Assembly: GCA_041640595.1 (NCBI GenBank)
Contig: JBEPZY010000002.1
Coordinates: forward strand, 114,984-178,983
DNA: 64,000 nucleotides
Source: Gemmatales bacterium
Lineage (GTDB): Bacteria; Planctomycetota; Planctomycetia; Gemmatales; HRBIN36
Direction of reading: 5' to 3'
In this document: positions 21,680 to 31,271 of the stretch, one piece after another
Layout: each line of letters opens with the position of its first letter
How positions within the stretch are numbered: position 1 is the stretch's first letter
Notes under the pieces: generated by a model
Database searches by the model: none
Seen by the model: the letters and a program-made list of their open reading frames with translations, nothing else
What the model was told of the DNA's origin: nothing
Made by a program: the position numbers and the translations under genes

Positions 21680-22249
21680 GAACGGACGCCCGCCGCTCTT
21701 GGTCGGATGTGCATTTGTGCATCGCGAATGGCGCTTTTGCTCGCCGAACACACGTCGCGCAACCAGGAGCGGTGGGCGTAAGCCCACCGTGGTAAACGTT
21801 CACGATTGCACCGGAGTTAGAAATCCACGGCGGGCTGACGCCCGCCGCTCCTGGTCGGATCTGCGTTTGTGCATCGCAAAAATCGTTTTTCGCCGGCGGA
21901 CGTTCGCATTGCAGCACAAGAGCGGGGGGCGTAAGCCCCCCGTGGTATCGCTGCACGCGATGCAACGGCGTTCGGCCCACATACTGTCGACGGTCTTGCG
22001 AGCAATCGCGCTGGTGTCTGCGTAAACGTGTTTGTCGAACCACGGCGGGCTGGCGCCCGCTGCTCCTTGATTGGACGGTCGTTACTCGCCGGACGTTACT
22101 CGCTGTGCATTGTCCGCGCGGGGCAATGCAACCCACGGCGGGCTGACACCCGCCGCTCTTGAAAACATGCGTTTCCGCACCGCAAATGTCGTTATTTCTT
22201 CAGCGACCAACACCGTGCACCAAGAGCGGCTGGCGTAAGCCAGCCGTGG
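21680..22249. repeat. REP-like hairpin array, cluster 2 (about 7 copies)
   Basis: Hairpins at about 21685 (half), 21767, 21825, 21920, 22040, 22132 and 22224 in both orientations. Confidence 0.9.
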
Positions 22250-22518
22250 TACGGAGAGGCGAACGTGTGGGCTTACAGGCGTTCCAAGGTATCGGTGCAT
22301 CGTCGAGTGATCAGGTCCAGAGCGAGCCCGTAACGGTCGTGGAAAGTTGCTGGCGATCGGGAGGCCGTTTCCGTTACACAGGAGCGCAGTTTTTCCAACA
22401 GTATCACGTTCCACGGCGAAGATCGGAACACCGTATCTGTTACCCCGACCTGGAATGAGAACGCTCATCAAGCCGTCATACAACCGGATGGAAACGCCGT
22501 TTCGGTTACCTGTGAAAT

Positions 22519-22720
22519 CGCGCTCCCCTTACACGCAAGTCGGGCAGAGACGTCATCACGTTCACCTTTCCTCATCGGCGCATCCCCGTGTGGCCGCGCT
22601 CCCCGTACACGCAAGCCGGGCAGATGTTGAAGCGGAATGTGGTTTCCGTGAGGAAGCGGATATCATCTATGACGGCATCGAGCGGGCAGATGTTGAAGCG
22701 GAAGGCTGTTTCCGTTTCCC
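22519..22720. repeat. Degenerate tandem repeat upstream of the FGGY kinase (periods 76 and 66)
   Basis: CGCGCTCCCC.TACACGCAAG.CGGGCAGA at 22519 and 22595; CGGGCAGATGTTGAAGCGGAA at 22617 and 22683. Confidence 0.8.
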
Positions 22721-22774
22721 GCCAGCCCGGGGATGGTCTTGTCGGCAAGCGGGGCGGCTGGCGACAATGAAGGC

Positions 22775-24097
22775 ATGCACATTCTGGCCTGGGATATTGG
22801 CACATCGGCAGTGAAAGCGGCGGTGCTCGACGTGTCCACGGGGCGAGCGGTTGGCCCCATTGGTCGGGTTCCCTTGGTGCTGACTCAGCAGGGAGAATCC
22901 GCGACACTCGATCCGGAGCAGCTCTGGTCGGTGTTGGTGCAGTTGACGCACGAATTGACCGCAGACCGCCGCGTATCGGGCATCGGGTTTTGCTGTTTGA
23001 CACCGGGCTGGCTTTTGCTTGATGGCGAAGACCGGGCCTTGACGCCCATTGTAACCCATCTGGACCGGCGAGCGCGGCCGCTGGCACAACAGCTCTGGCA
23101 GACGCACGGGGAGGAGTTTTTGCAGGAAACGGGAAACAAACCCTTGCCAGGCGGGCTGTCAGGGATTGCCTGTGCCCAGGTGCTGCAAGAGCAGCCGGAG
23201 TTGCGGCCGAAGGTGCGGCGATTCCTGCACGTCAACAGCTGGTTGTGCCTGCGCTTGACGGGACAGACCGCGTTCGACTGGGGCAATGCCTGTTTTACCG
23301 GATTGTTCGACTGGCGTCGGCAGTGCTGGTCGAAACGCTGGTGCGAACACCTCGGCATCCGTCCGGAATGGCTGCCGCAGGTCACCGATGGTTCCACGAC
23401 GATCGGCGGCCTGACCGGCCAGGCGGCCCGCATTCTGGGTTTGCCCTCCGGATTACCGGTCAAAGTCGGTATCGCGGACACCAGCGCTGCCGTGCTGGCC
23501 GCCGGGATGCAGTTCGGCCATCTGTTGCATCTGGTAGGCACAACGCAGGTGCTGGCGACGCTGGTGCCCCAACCGCAACCAGGGCCGGATCATCTCACCC
23601 GCATGCTCGGTGTGGGTCAGCAGTTCCTTCATGTAACCCACAATCCGGTCGGCGGTGTGGCTCTGGAGTGGATGCACCGGCTCTGTTTCCGCGACCAGTC
23701 GGCGGAGGAGTTTTACCGGCACACAGTGTCAGCGGCCTGGCAACGCCCGACTGTGGTCACGCTCGACCCGCCCTATCTGGGTGGTGATCGCCTGGCTATT
23801 GAACCGACCGAAGCTGCTTTTCGCCATCTCCGGCTCGACACGGATCGGCTCGATTTGCTGGCGGCCTTGCTCCGGGCCATGTACCAGCAGCATCACCGTG
23901 CCCTGGCAGCATTGCATGTACCGCTTCCGTTTCGCCGGATTTTCCTGAGTGGCGGCGGTGCGGAGATAATCGCCCAGCTCTTTCCCGAGTACCGACAGGC
24001 GGAGCTGACCGTGCTGGTGGAAGGTTCGCTGAGCGGTGTGGCCCGATTATTTGCCGCTGACTTGCCCTCAGACGCTCTCACTTCCCCGTCCATATAA
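22775..24097 (+). CDS. FGGY-family carbohydrate kinase (xylulokinase/gluconokinase-like)
   Basis: ILAWDIGTSAVKA, THLDRRA, GIADTSAA and FLSGGG motifs; ATG 22775. Confidence 0.88.
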   Translation: MHILAWDIGTSAVKAAVLDVSTGRAVGPIGRVPLVLTQQGESATLDPEQLWSVLVQLTHELTADRRVSGIGFCCLTPGWLLLDGEDRALTPIVTHLDRRARPLAQQLWQTHGEEFLQETGNKPLPGGLSGIACAQVLQEQPELRPKVRRFLHVNSWLCLRLTGQTAFDWGNACFTGLFDWRRQCWSKRWCEHLGIRPEWLPQVTDGSTTIGGLTGQAARILGLPSGLPVKVGIADTSAAVLAAGMQFGHLLHLVGTTQVLATLVPQPQPGPDHLTRMLGVGQQFLHVTHNPVGGVALEWMHRLCFRDQSAEEFYRHTVSAAWQRPTVVTLDPPYLGGDRLAIEPTEAAFRHLRLDTDRLDLLAALLRAMYQQHHRALAALHVPLPFRRIFLSGGGAEIIAQLFPEYRQAELTVLVEGSLSGVARLFAADLPSDALTSPSI

Positions 24098-24137
24098 CAT
24101 CGCCAACTCACTTTCCCCGATGGACAGGAGTGCTCGC

Positions 24138-24605
24138 ATGAGTCCGGAAAAACGCTTGCAGGAACTGCATCTGACCCTGCCACCTGCGCCGAAACCCGTA
24201 GCGGTTTACAAGCCGGCCGTGCTTGTGGGCAATTTGCTGTATGTATCCGGGCACGGCCCCCTGACCCCGGAAGGCAAGACCGGCATCTGCGGGAAAGTCG
24301 GGGCCGATCTCAGTCTCGAACAGGGCTACCAGGCCGCCCGACAGGTGGGGCTGGCCATCCTGGCCACGGTGCGGAACACACTCGGTTCGCTGGACAAAGT
24401 CAAGCGGCTGGTCAAAACCCTCGGCATGGTCAACGCCGCTCCCGACTTCCGCGACCATCCGAAGGTGATCAACGGTTTCTCGGAATTGATGGCGGAGGTT
24501 TTCGGACAGGAAGCCGGGATCGGAGCACGCAGTGCCGTCGGCATGGCCTCTTTGCCGAACAACATCGCCGTCGAAATCGAATGCATCTTCGAGGTGCAAA
24601 CCTAG
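24138..24605 (+). CDS. RidA/YjgF family protein
   Basis: LYVSGHGP, GKVG, INGFSEL, ARSAVGMASLPNNIAVEIE; AGGAG RBS before ATG 24138. Confidence 0.92.
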   Translation: MSPEKRLQELHLTLPPAPKPVAVYKPAVLVGNLLYVSGHGPLTPEGKTGICGKVGADLSLEQGYQAARQVGLAILATVRNTLGSLDKVKRLVKTLGMVNAAPDFRDHPKVINGFSELMAEVFGQEAGIGARSAVGMASLPNNIAVEIECIFEVQT

Positions 24606-25105
24606 CGTCGAGGCTGGTATCGCGTAGATGCGAGATTCGCTGGCCGGCACATCGTGGCGACCGTCTCCGCCTACACCTCGTCATATCGTACACAGGCGAA
24701 ATTCGCCGGCCCGAAATGCAACGTGTCCTCGAGGCGCAAACTCCATGTCGAGGCTCGTATCCGTACACGCTAGATTCGCTGGCCCGAAGTCGAACGCACC
24801 TTCAAGGCGCAGACTCCATGTCCAGGCTCGTATGGGGTAGATGCGAGATTCGCTGGCCGGCACATCGTGGCGACCGTCTCCGCCTACACCTCGTCATATC
24901 GCACACAGGCGAAATTCGCCGGGCCGAAGTAGAACGCACTTTCGAGGCGCGAACTGCATCTCGAGGTTCGTATCCATACACTCCGGATTCGCCGGCCCGA
25001 AATGGAACGCGTCCTCGAGGCACAAGCTTCATGTCGAGGCTCGTATCCGTACACGCTAGATTCGCTGGGCCGAAATTGAAGGCACCTTCGAGGCGCGAAC
25101 TGCAT
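24573..25105 (+). repeat. Tandem array seeded by the RidA 3' end (73-bp unit plus a 67-bp inserted unit)
   Basis: GAA..GAA.GC..C[T/C]TCGAGGC motif starts at 24573, 24713, 24786, 24926, 24999 and 25072; the first copy encodes EIECIFEVQT-stop. Confidence 0.9.
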
Positions 25106-25256
25106 CATCAGTTGCTTTACCCTCACATGCCGCTGCGTTGAGATCGAATGTCCTTTCCGCATGCAAACCCGGCTCTCCGCATCAGTCAACCGCGTGGGCC
25201 AGTCGAACAATCGCCGGGGAGTAATCGTCAATCACCGGGACGGGTCTCTGCCCCAG

Positions 25257-26286
25257 GAGCGGCTGGCGTGAGCCAGCCGTGGTACGGAGGCGACTGTGCG
25301 GTGCGAAACGTAATCAGTCCGCAAAAACCGATCGCCGTTGCAAGCGCGAATCGGAACCACGGCGGGCTGACGCCCGCCGCTCTTGGTCGGATGTGCGTTT
25401 GTGCATCGCAAAAATCGTTTTTCGCCGGCAGACACGCGCATTGCAGCACAAGAGCGGGGGGCGTAAGCCCCCCCGTGGGAAACGAAACGCCGTTGCAAAG
25501 CACCACCGCCCATTTGCGACGACTTGCGCGTGCACCCAAGAGCGGCTGGCGTGAGCCAGCCGTGGTACGGAGGCGACTGTGCGGTGCGAAACGTAATCAG
25601 TCCGCAAAAACCGATCGCCGTTGCAAGCGCGAATCCGAACCACGGCGGGCTGACGCCCGCCGCTCTTGGTCGGATGTGCGTTTGTGCATCGCAAAAATCG
25701 TTTTTCCGCCGGAAGACGTTCGCATTGCAGCACAAGAGCGGGGGGCGTAAGCCCCCCGTGGTTTTGGAGACACGCTCGCAGCGGCTGGATCCCAATTGTC
25801 GCGCAGAGGCGACCGGTCGGTGGTCTGTGCACGAACACCGCTGCAATTGCATTACCATACCACGGCGGGCTGACGTTCGCCGCTCTTGCTCGGATGCGCG
25901 GTCGTCGCCGAACAGTGCGGGATTTTCACCGCACAACGTTCGTATCACACACCACGGCGGGCTGACGCCCGCCGCTCTTGAAAACGTGCGTTTGTGCATT
26001 GCAAAAATCGTTTTTCGCCGAAAGACGTTCGCATTGCAGCACAAGAGCGGGGGGCGTAAGCCCCCCGTGGTTTTGGAAACACGCTCGCAGCGGCTAGATC
26101 GCAATTGTCGCGCAGAGGTGACCGGTCGGTGGTCTGTGCACGAACACCGCTGCAATTGCATTACCATACCACGGCGGGCTGTCGCCCGCCGCTCTTGGTC
26201 GGATGCGCGGTCGTCGCCGAACAGTGCGGGATTTTCACCGCACGACGTTCGTATCACACACCACGGCGGGCTGACGTTCGCCGCTC
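25257..26286. repeat. REP-like hairpin array, cluster 3 (11 copies)
   Basis: Hairpins at 25257, 25357, 25452, 25540, 25640, 25736, 25860, 25952, 26045, 26169 and 26261. Confidence 0.95.
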
Positions 26287-26478
26287 TTGTGGGCGGGCGT
26301 GTGTGCACTGAGAGTGGCGGTTTTTGTCGCCGGGAGCGGCTACGGTAGCAGTGTGTCCGCATGCGCGCGAAGATGCAGAATAGCGCGAAGGAGTCGTGCG
26401 GTCGGGGTAGCGGTGTGTCGGCATTGTGCTGTTGACGGAGGCGGTTATAGTGGCGGTCCTGGTCTTGCCCTGGAAGAT

Positions 26479-26730
26479 GTCGGCGAGGCAATCACACAGA
26501 GCGACATGCCGCGTCTCGGCGCCGCAATTGCAGGGAGCGCGACGCGGTGTTTCGGGAGTGCAATTGCAGGGAGCGGGACGCTCTTTGTCGGCGAGGCAAT
26601 CACACAGAGCGACATGCCGCGTCTCGGCGCCGCAATCGCACGGAGCGCGACGCGGTGGGTCGGCGCCGCAATCGCAGGGAGCATGACGCTCTTTGTCGGC
26701 AGTGCAATTGCAGGGAGCACGACGCCATGA
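26479..26730. repeat. 36-bp degenerate tandem repeat, 7 copies
   Basis: nTCGG..nGCAAT..CA..GAGC units at 26479, 26515, 26551, 26587, 26623, 26659 and 26695; units 1 and 4 are identical. Confidence 0.9.
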
Positions 26731-27035
26731 AAGGAGATGCCCTGAACCGTGCAGGCATGCGAGGTCAACTTACAGCTACTGGGGGCAAACACATGAGAAA
26801 TGCCCTGAACCATGCAGACCCTGGCCGTGCTTACGGGCAATCCACGCCGGTCAACGAGGTCACATCCTCGGGGATCAACCCGTACCGATGGCATAGGGAA
26901 AGCTCTGCACATGCCGCTCCGCAAGAATCGGTACCTGTGAAAGCGCACGGCGGAATCGAAAACAGGAGAAGGGAAAGCATTGCGCAAGGCGATCCGCGAG
27001 AATCGGCACCGGTGCCCGACTGCCTGCCGTGGCGA

Positions 27036-27983
27036 GTGTGCCACGCCGGGCTTTGGTCGGGCGGGCGACGCCATTGGCTGTCGGAGATACTGTTTGCGGT
27101 CAGCCTGGCTGTGATCGCAAGTGGCTGCGGTCAACGAGGAGCGGAGACACGTCACGATGCCCAGGCAAATCCGAACTCGCCGGAAGCGACGGCGACAAAC
27201 AGTGCTTCGGAGCGTTGGCGAACTCCCAGCGCAGCTTCGCCCGACGGTGGCCGGGATAATTCCACTTCTGACGACCAGTCCTGGAAACAAACACCGATGT
27301 ACGCTTTTCTGCACCAGCCGTTTGAGGAAGCGATTCAGTCTTCGCCACCGGTAGGAGCACGACGACCACCCGACGTTACCGTGACCGAGAAATCAGTGGG
27401 AAAGCTCTTCGAGACGGTGCGGCAACGCTGGCCGGAAATCGTGTTCGTCACGGCGACGGGTCAGCTGAAACGCCCGCTGGCCGAACTCGACACGGAACTG
27501 GGTGTGATCGAAATCGAGTTGTGGCCGGAAGTAGCACCAAACCATGTGCGGGCGTTTGTCGCGTTGGCGGAGTGCGGATACTACGACGGCTTGTTTTTCG
27601 AGTTGCGGGTGGGGAATCGCGGAGCGGCCGATGTACCGCGAGCGATCGGCGGCGGATCACCGGAGGCGAATGCTCTGGAAACGGCCAGCATCGGTTTCTG
27701 GCTGAAACCGGAAATCCTGCTTCCGGAAAAAGCAGCGGCGCGCGGAATCCGCCATCGGCCGGGCAGCGTGTTTTGCCACTGGCTGGGGTGTTTCTTTTAC
27801 ATCGGTTTGACGGAAGCGCCCATGTGGGATGGCGAATATGTCATTTTTGGGCAGGTAAGACAGGGACTGGAAACGGCCGAACGCATCTTCGACGCTCTGG
27901 GCGAAGATGCCCACCCGCCGCAGATTCGCCGGGTCCGCATCCGCTGGCAGGAGACTGGAAAAAGTTTGCAGCAGTTGCCATAA
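27036..27983 (+). CDS. Cyclophilin-type peptidyl-prolyl isomerase domain lipoprotein (degenerate active site)
   Basis: LDTELGVIEIELWPEVAPNHVRAF..GYYDG, FFYIGL, DGEYVIFGQVRQGLE; lipobox IASGC; start uncertain (ORF is open from 26547). Confidence 0.8.
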   Translation: MCHAGLWSGGRRHWLSEILFAVSLAVIASGCGQRGAETRHDAQANPNSPEATATNSASERWRTPSAASPDGGRDNSTSDDQSWKQTPMYAFLHQPFEEAIQSSPPVGARRPPDVTVTEKSVGKLFETVRQRWPEIVFVTATGQLKRPLAELDTELGVIEIELWPEVAPNHVRAFVALAECGYYDGLFFELRVGNRGAADVPRAIGGGSPEANALETASIGFWLKPEILLPEKAAARGIRHRPGSVFCHWLGCFFYIGLTEAPMWDGEYVIFGQVRQGLETAERIFDALGEDAHPPQIRRVRIRWQETGKSLQQLP

Positions 27984-28124
27984 TAACATCGTCCAGGCCG
28001 GCGGCTGGAAGAGAGCAAGTAATGCGACCGGCCTCCCGCATGGCGGTAATGGTGTCACCTGCGGTAGCCGTTCGGCGTTTAACAGATGAGGCCTGCGAAG
28101 TGCACCGACCGCGAATCTCAGGAT

Positions 28125-28254
28125 GTCCGCGGTAAGGGGCGAACGGGGGACCCACGCAAAGGGGTGTCGTGAACCTGGTCAGGCCGAAAGGAGCAGCCAT
28201 AAGCGATTACCTCTTGTGCGGCGGATCATCCTCCGGGAGCTACCTGCCGCGGAC
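28125..28254 (+). ncRNA. ffs: Signal recognition particle RNA (SRP/4.5S)
   Basis: Helix-8 motif TCAGG-CC-GAAA-GG-AGCAGC at 28179-28197; terminal pairing GTCCGCGG (28125) with CCGCGGAC (28247); located upstream of dnaX as in the known scr-dnaX-yaaK-recR arrangement. Confidence 0.88.
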
Positions 28255-28302
28255 GCCTATTTCCCAGCCGCCTGCACCTCTGGGGCGTCATGGGGATGAG
28301 GT

Positions 28303-30171
28303 ATGGCCCGACGCAATCGCAGCGGCGACGGTCAAAATAGCCAGGCAGCAGAAACCGCCCGGCTGTCGCAGGCGCTAGCCGAGCGACCCTACACCGTTTT
28401 GGCGCGGCGCTATCGGCCGCAACAGTTTGCTGATCTGGTTGGCCAGGACGCCCTGGTGCAGGCGTTGACCAATGCCCTCAAGAGTCAGCGTGTAGCACAT
28501 GCCTATTTGTTCTACGGGCCTCGCGGCGTGGGCAAAACCTCGACGGCACGCATCCTGGCCAAATGTCTGAACTGCGTTCACGGACCCACCGTAACCCCCT
28601 GCGACCAGTGCGAATCCTGTCGCGCTATCGCCGTCGGAGAGGATGTGGACGTTATCGAAATTGACGGGGCCAGCAACAATCGCGTCGAGGAAATCCGCGA
28701 GTTGCGCAGCCACGCTCAGTATCGCCCCAGCCGGTCGCGTTACAAAATCTACATCATTGACGAAGTCCACATGCTGACGACGTCGGCATTCAACGCCCTG
28801 CTCAAAACCCTGGAGGAACCGCCTGGGCATGTCAAATTCATCTTCGCCACTACCGAGGTGCAAAAGGTTCCGTTGACGATCCTGTCGCGGTGTCAGCGGT
28901 TCGATTTCGCCAGCATTCGCGTGGAAGACATCGTGGAACAGCTGCGCAAGATCGTTGCCCAGGAGGGCGTAACCGCTGAAGACGAGGCCTTGCGACTGAT
29001 CGCCCGATGTGCCAGCGGTTCGCTGCGCGATGCTGAGTCTTTGCTCGATCAGGCCCTGGCTTTTGGTGACGGCCGACTGACACTCGCCGACGTGGAGCAA
29101 CTCCTCGGTCTGGCTGGGGAAGAGCATATCCTGGCGCTGGCGGAAGCGGTGCTCGATCGCGATCCCGCCCGTGCCTGGTCGTTGTTGGATACGGCAGTGC
29201 AGCGGGGTGTGCAGCCCGGCGAATTGCTCGATCAGCTTCTGGAATACTGGCGGGATTTGCTGCTACTGAAAACCGTGGGCGAACGGTGCGAAGCCTTCAC
29301 CTTCGCAGACCGACACCGCGACCGCCTCCGCCAGCGGGCCGATTCCCTGGACCTGGACACGATTCTGACCGCCCTGGATTTACTGGCCGGCACAAAGGCT
29401 CGGTTACGCGGAAGCAGTCATCCGCGGGTGCTGGTGGAAATGGCGCTGGTGCGGCTCACCCGACTGGAAAGCCTGGCGACACTGACCGCCCTGGCGGAGA
29501 GGCTGTCGGGTTCGCCTGCGGTTTCCCAGCCGGACTCCCGCAATCGTGCAGCGCAAAAGCGGCCCGCCTCGGGGTCGGTAACGGAGGGCAGTGAGCGCCC
29601 TTTTGAATCGTCCCGGCTGGAAACGCCGGGCACATCGTCCGCGATTTCTTCTTCCTCGACTGCGGGCGGAACGATGGCTCCTTCCAGCCGGGAAACGGCC
29701 GCGTCTCGCCAGGAAACGCCGCTGGAGTTGAGCGAATCCACCTTGCCGCAGCTGCGGGAAGCGTTGCTGGAGTATTTCGGAACCACCACACTCAGATACG
29801 ACCTGGAGTCGGCTCAGCTAGCAATTTGTGCGCCGAATTGCCTGGCCTTGCGATTTCCGGCCAGCTATAATCTCCAAAAAAGCCGCTGCGAAAGTCGTCG
29901 GGCTGATCTGATCTCGGCACTGCGACGTATCCTGGGACGGGAAGTGCAGTTACGTCTGGAAACCGAATCGAGTCCGGCGACCAGCGAAGCGCACTTGCCA
30001 CCGCCGCGGTCCCAGGATCGCTTGCGGCAACTGCAACAGATCCCGCTGGTGCGGGCGGTCATGGAGAAACTGGGAGCACGCTGGGTTCCTGAACGGACGG
30101 ACCCGGACTTTGGCCAGATGGAACTGGGTGGTCTGACCGAAGTCACCAACTCTTCACCCGACGAAGGATGA
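28303..30171 (+). CDS. dnaX: DNA polymerase III subunit gamma/tau
   Basis: LARRYRPQQF, GPRGVGKT, CLNC..PCDQCESC, IDEVHML, LKTLEEPP, SRCQ. Confidence 0.97.
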   Translation: MARRNRSGDGQNSQAAETARLSQALAERPYTVLARRYRPQQFADLVGQDALVQALTNALKSQRVAHAYLFYGPRGVGKTSTARILAKCLNCVHGPTVTPCDQCESCRAIAVGEDVDVIEIDGASNNRVEEIRELRSHAQYRPSRSRYKIYIIDEVHMLTTSAFNALLKTLEEPPGHVKFIFATTEVQKVPLTILSRCQRFDFASIRVEDIVEQLRKIVAQEGVTAEDEALRLIARCASGSLRDAESLLDQALAFGDGRLTLADVEQLLGLAGEEHILALAEAVLDRDPARAWSLLDTAVQRGVQPGELLDQLLEYWRDLLLLKTVGERCEAFTFADRHRDRLRQRADSLDLDTILTALDLLAGTKARLRGSSHPRVLVEMALVRLTRLESLATLTALAERLSGSPAVSQPDSRNRAAQKRPASGSVTEGSERPFESSRLETPGTSSAISSSSTAGGTMAPSSRETAASRQETPLELSESTLPQLREALLEYFGTTTLRYDLESAQLAICAPNCLALRFPASYNLQKSRCESRRADLISALRRILGREVQLRLETESSPATSEAHLPPPRSQDRLRQLQQIPLVRAVMEKLGARWVPERTDPDFGQMELGGLTEVTNSSPDEG

Positions 30172-30175
30172 ACTC

Positions 30176-30607
30176 ATGCTCGACCTGTTCAGTGGATTGC
30201 CGACGATCAAGCGGTACATGGAGAATTTCGAGCGCACCGGCCGCGACATTGTCGAGGAAGCCGAAGCGGGAGCCGGGTTGGTTCGCGTGCGTGCCAACGG
30301 TCATGGTCGCATCCTCGCCATCCACATTGACCAGGAATTGCTCCGCCAGCCCGACCGCGAAACTCTCGAAGAACTCCTGGTCGCCGCCTGCAACCAGGCC
30401 TTGACCAAAGCGCGGGAGAAATTCTCTGCCGAGGTCAATCGCAGCCTCGCCAATCCGGACCTGGTCGGTTCACTGCTGGGAGATTTGTTAGCGGGCGACG
30501 ACGAAGACGACGATGACAGTTTGCTGCCTCCCGACGAGGAGGATTCGGAGGAAATTCAGAAGAAGCCCAGTAAAAAGCGGCGCGGAGGCAAGAAGTCCGG
30601 CAAGTGA
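30176..30607 (+). CDS. ybaB: YbaB/EbfC nucleoid-associated protein with an acidic/basic C-terminal extension
   Basis: GAGLVRVRANG..I.ID..LEELLVAACNQA; position between dnaX and recR. Confidence 0.9.
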   Translation: MLDLFSGLPTIKRYMENFERTGRDIVEEAEAGAGLVRVRANGHGRILAIHIDQELLRQPDRETLEELLVAACNQALTKAREKFSAEVNRSLANPDLVGSLLGDLLAGDDEDDDDSLLPPDEEDSEEIQKKPSKKRRGGKKSGK

Positions 30608-31233
30608 TGGCCATGTCGCCACGAACCAGGCAGGAGACGCAACCAGCCGGCCTGCTGGAACGAGTGCTCCAGCACCTCAACCGCTTGCCCGGCATCGGTC
30701 CGAAAAGTGCCGAGCGGTTGCTTTACTATCTGCTGTCGGCGGATGCTGCCGAAGTCCTCGATCTGGCTCAGGCTCTGCGGGAACTGAAAGAGCGGATTCA
30801 TCCCTGCCGGCAGTGCCATCACTGGACGGAACACGAGCTATGCTCGATATGTGCTGATCCGAAACGCGACGCATCCGTGCTGTGCGTCGTCGAGCAACCC
30901 CGCGATGTCATCGCTCTGGAACGGGCCGGCGTGTATCGCGGTCAGTACCACGTGCTGGGCGGACGACTCGCTCCTTTGGAAGGGATCGGGCCGGAGAAAT
31001 TGACCGTGGACAGTCTGCTTCGGCGGGTCCAGAGCGGTCAGGTGCGGGAAGTGATCCTCGCCACCAATCCGACTTTTGAGGGAGACGGGACGGCTCTGTA
31101 CCTGGCGAGTGTGCTGGCACCCACTGGGGTCAAGGTCACCCGCCTGGCGCGCGGCCTTCCTACCGGCTCGTCGCTGGAATTTGCCAACTCCGCTATGCTC
31201 GCCGATGCCCTCGAAGGTCGGCGGAGCTTGTAG
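30604..31233 (+). CDS. recR: Recombination mediator RecR
   Basis: LPGIGPKSAERL, CRQC..CSIC zinc finger, EVILATNPTFEG Toprim. Confidence 0.97.
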   Translation: MMAMSPRTRQETQPAGLLERVLQHLNRLPGIGPKSAERLLYYLLSADAAEVLDLAQALRELKERIHPCRQCHHWTEHELCSICADPKRDASVLCVVEQPRDVIALERAGVYRGQYHVLGGRLAPLEGIGPEKLTVDSLLRRVQSGQVREVILATNPTFEGDGTALYLASVLAPTGVKVTRLARGLPTGSSLEFANSAMLADALEGRRSL

Positions 31234-31271
31234 CCGACTGGCTTTTTCTGGCAGGAGCAGGAGAGAGAGCT

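Noticed and set aside
26479..26730. 36-bp array as a TIGR-type guide array
   Set aside because: No Nop-domain or IS110-like gene is nearby, and the variable blocks are related to each other rather than unique spacers
29875..29882. AAAAAAG in dnaX as a programmed -1 frameshift site
   Set aside because: Codons read CAA AAA AGC, the wrong phase for an A-AAA-AAG slippery site, and the run lies late in the gene
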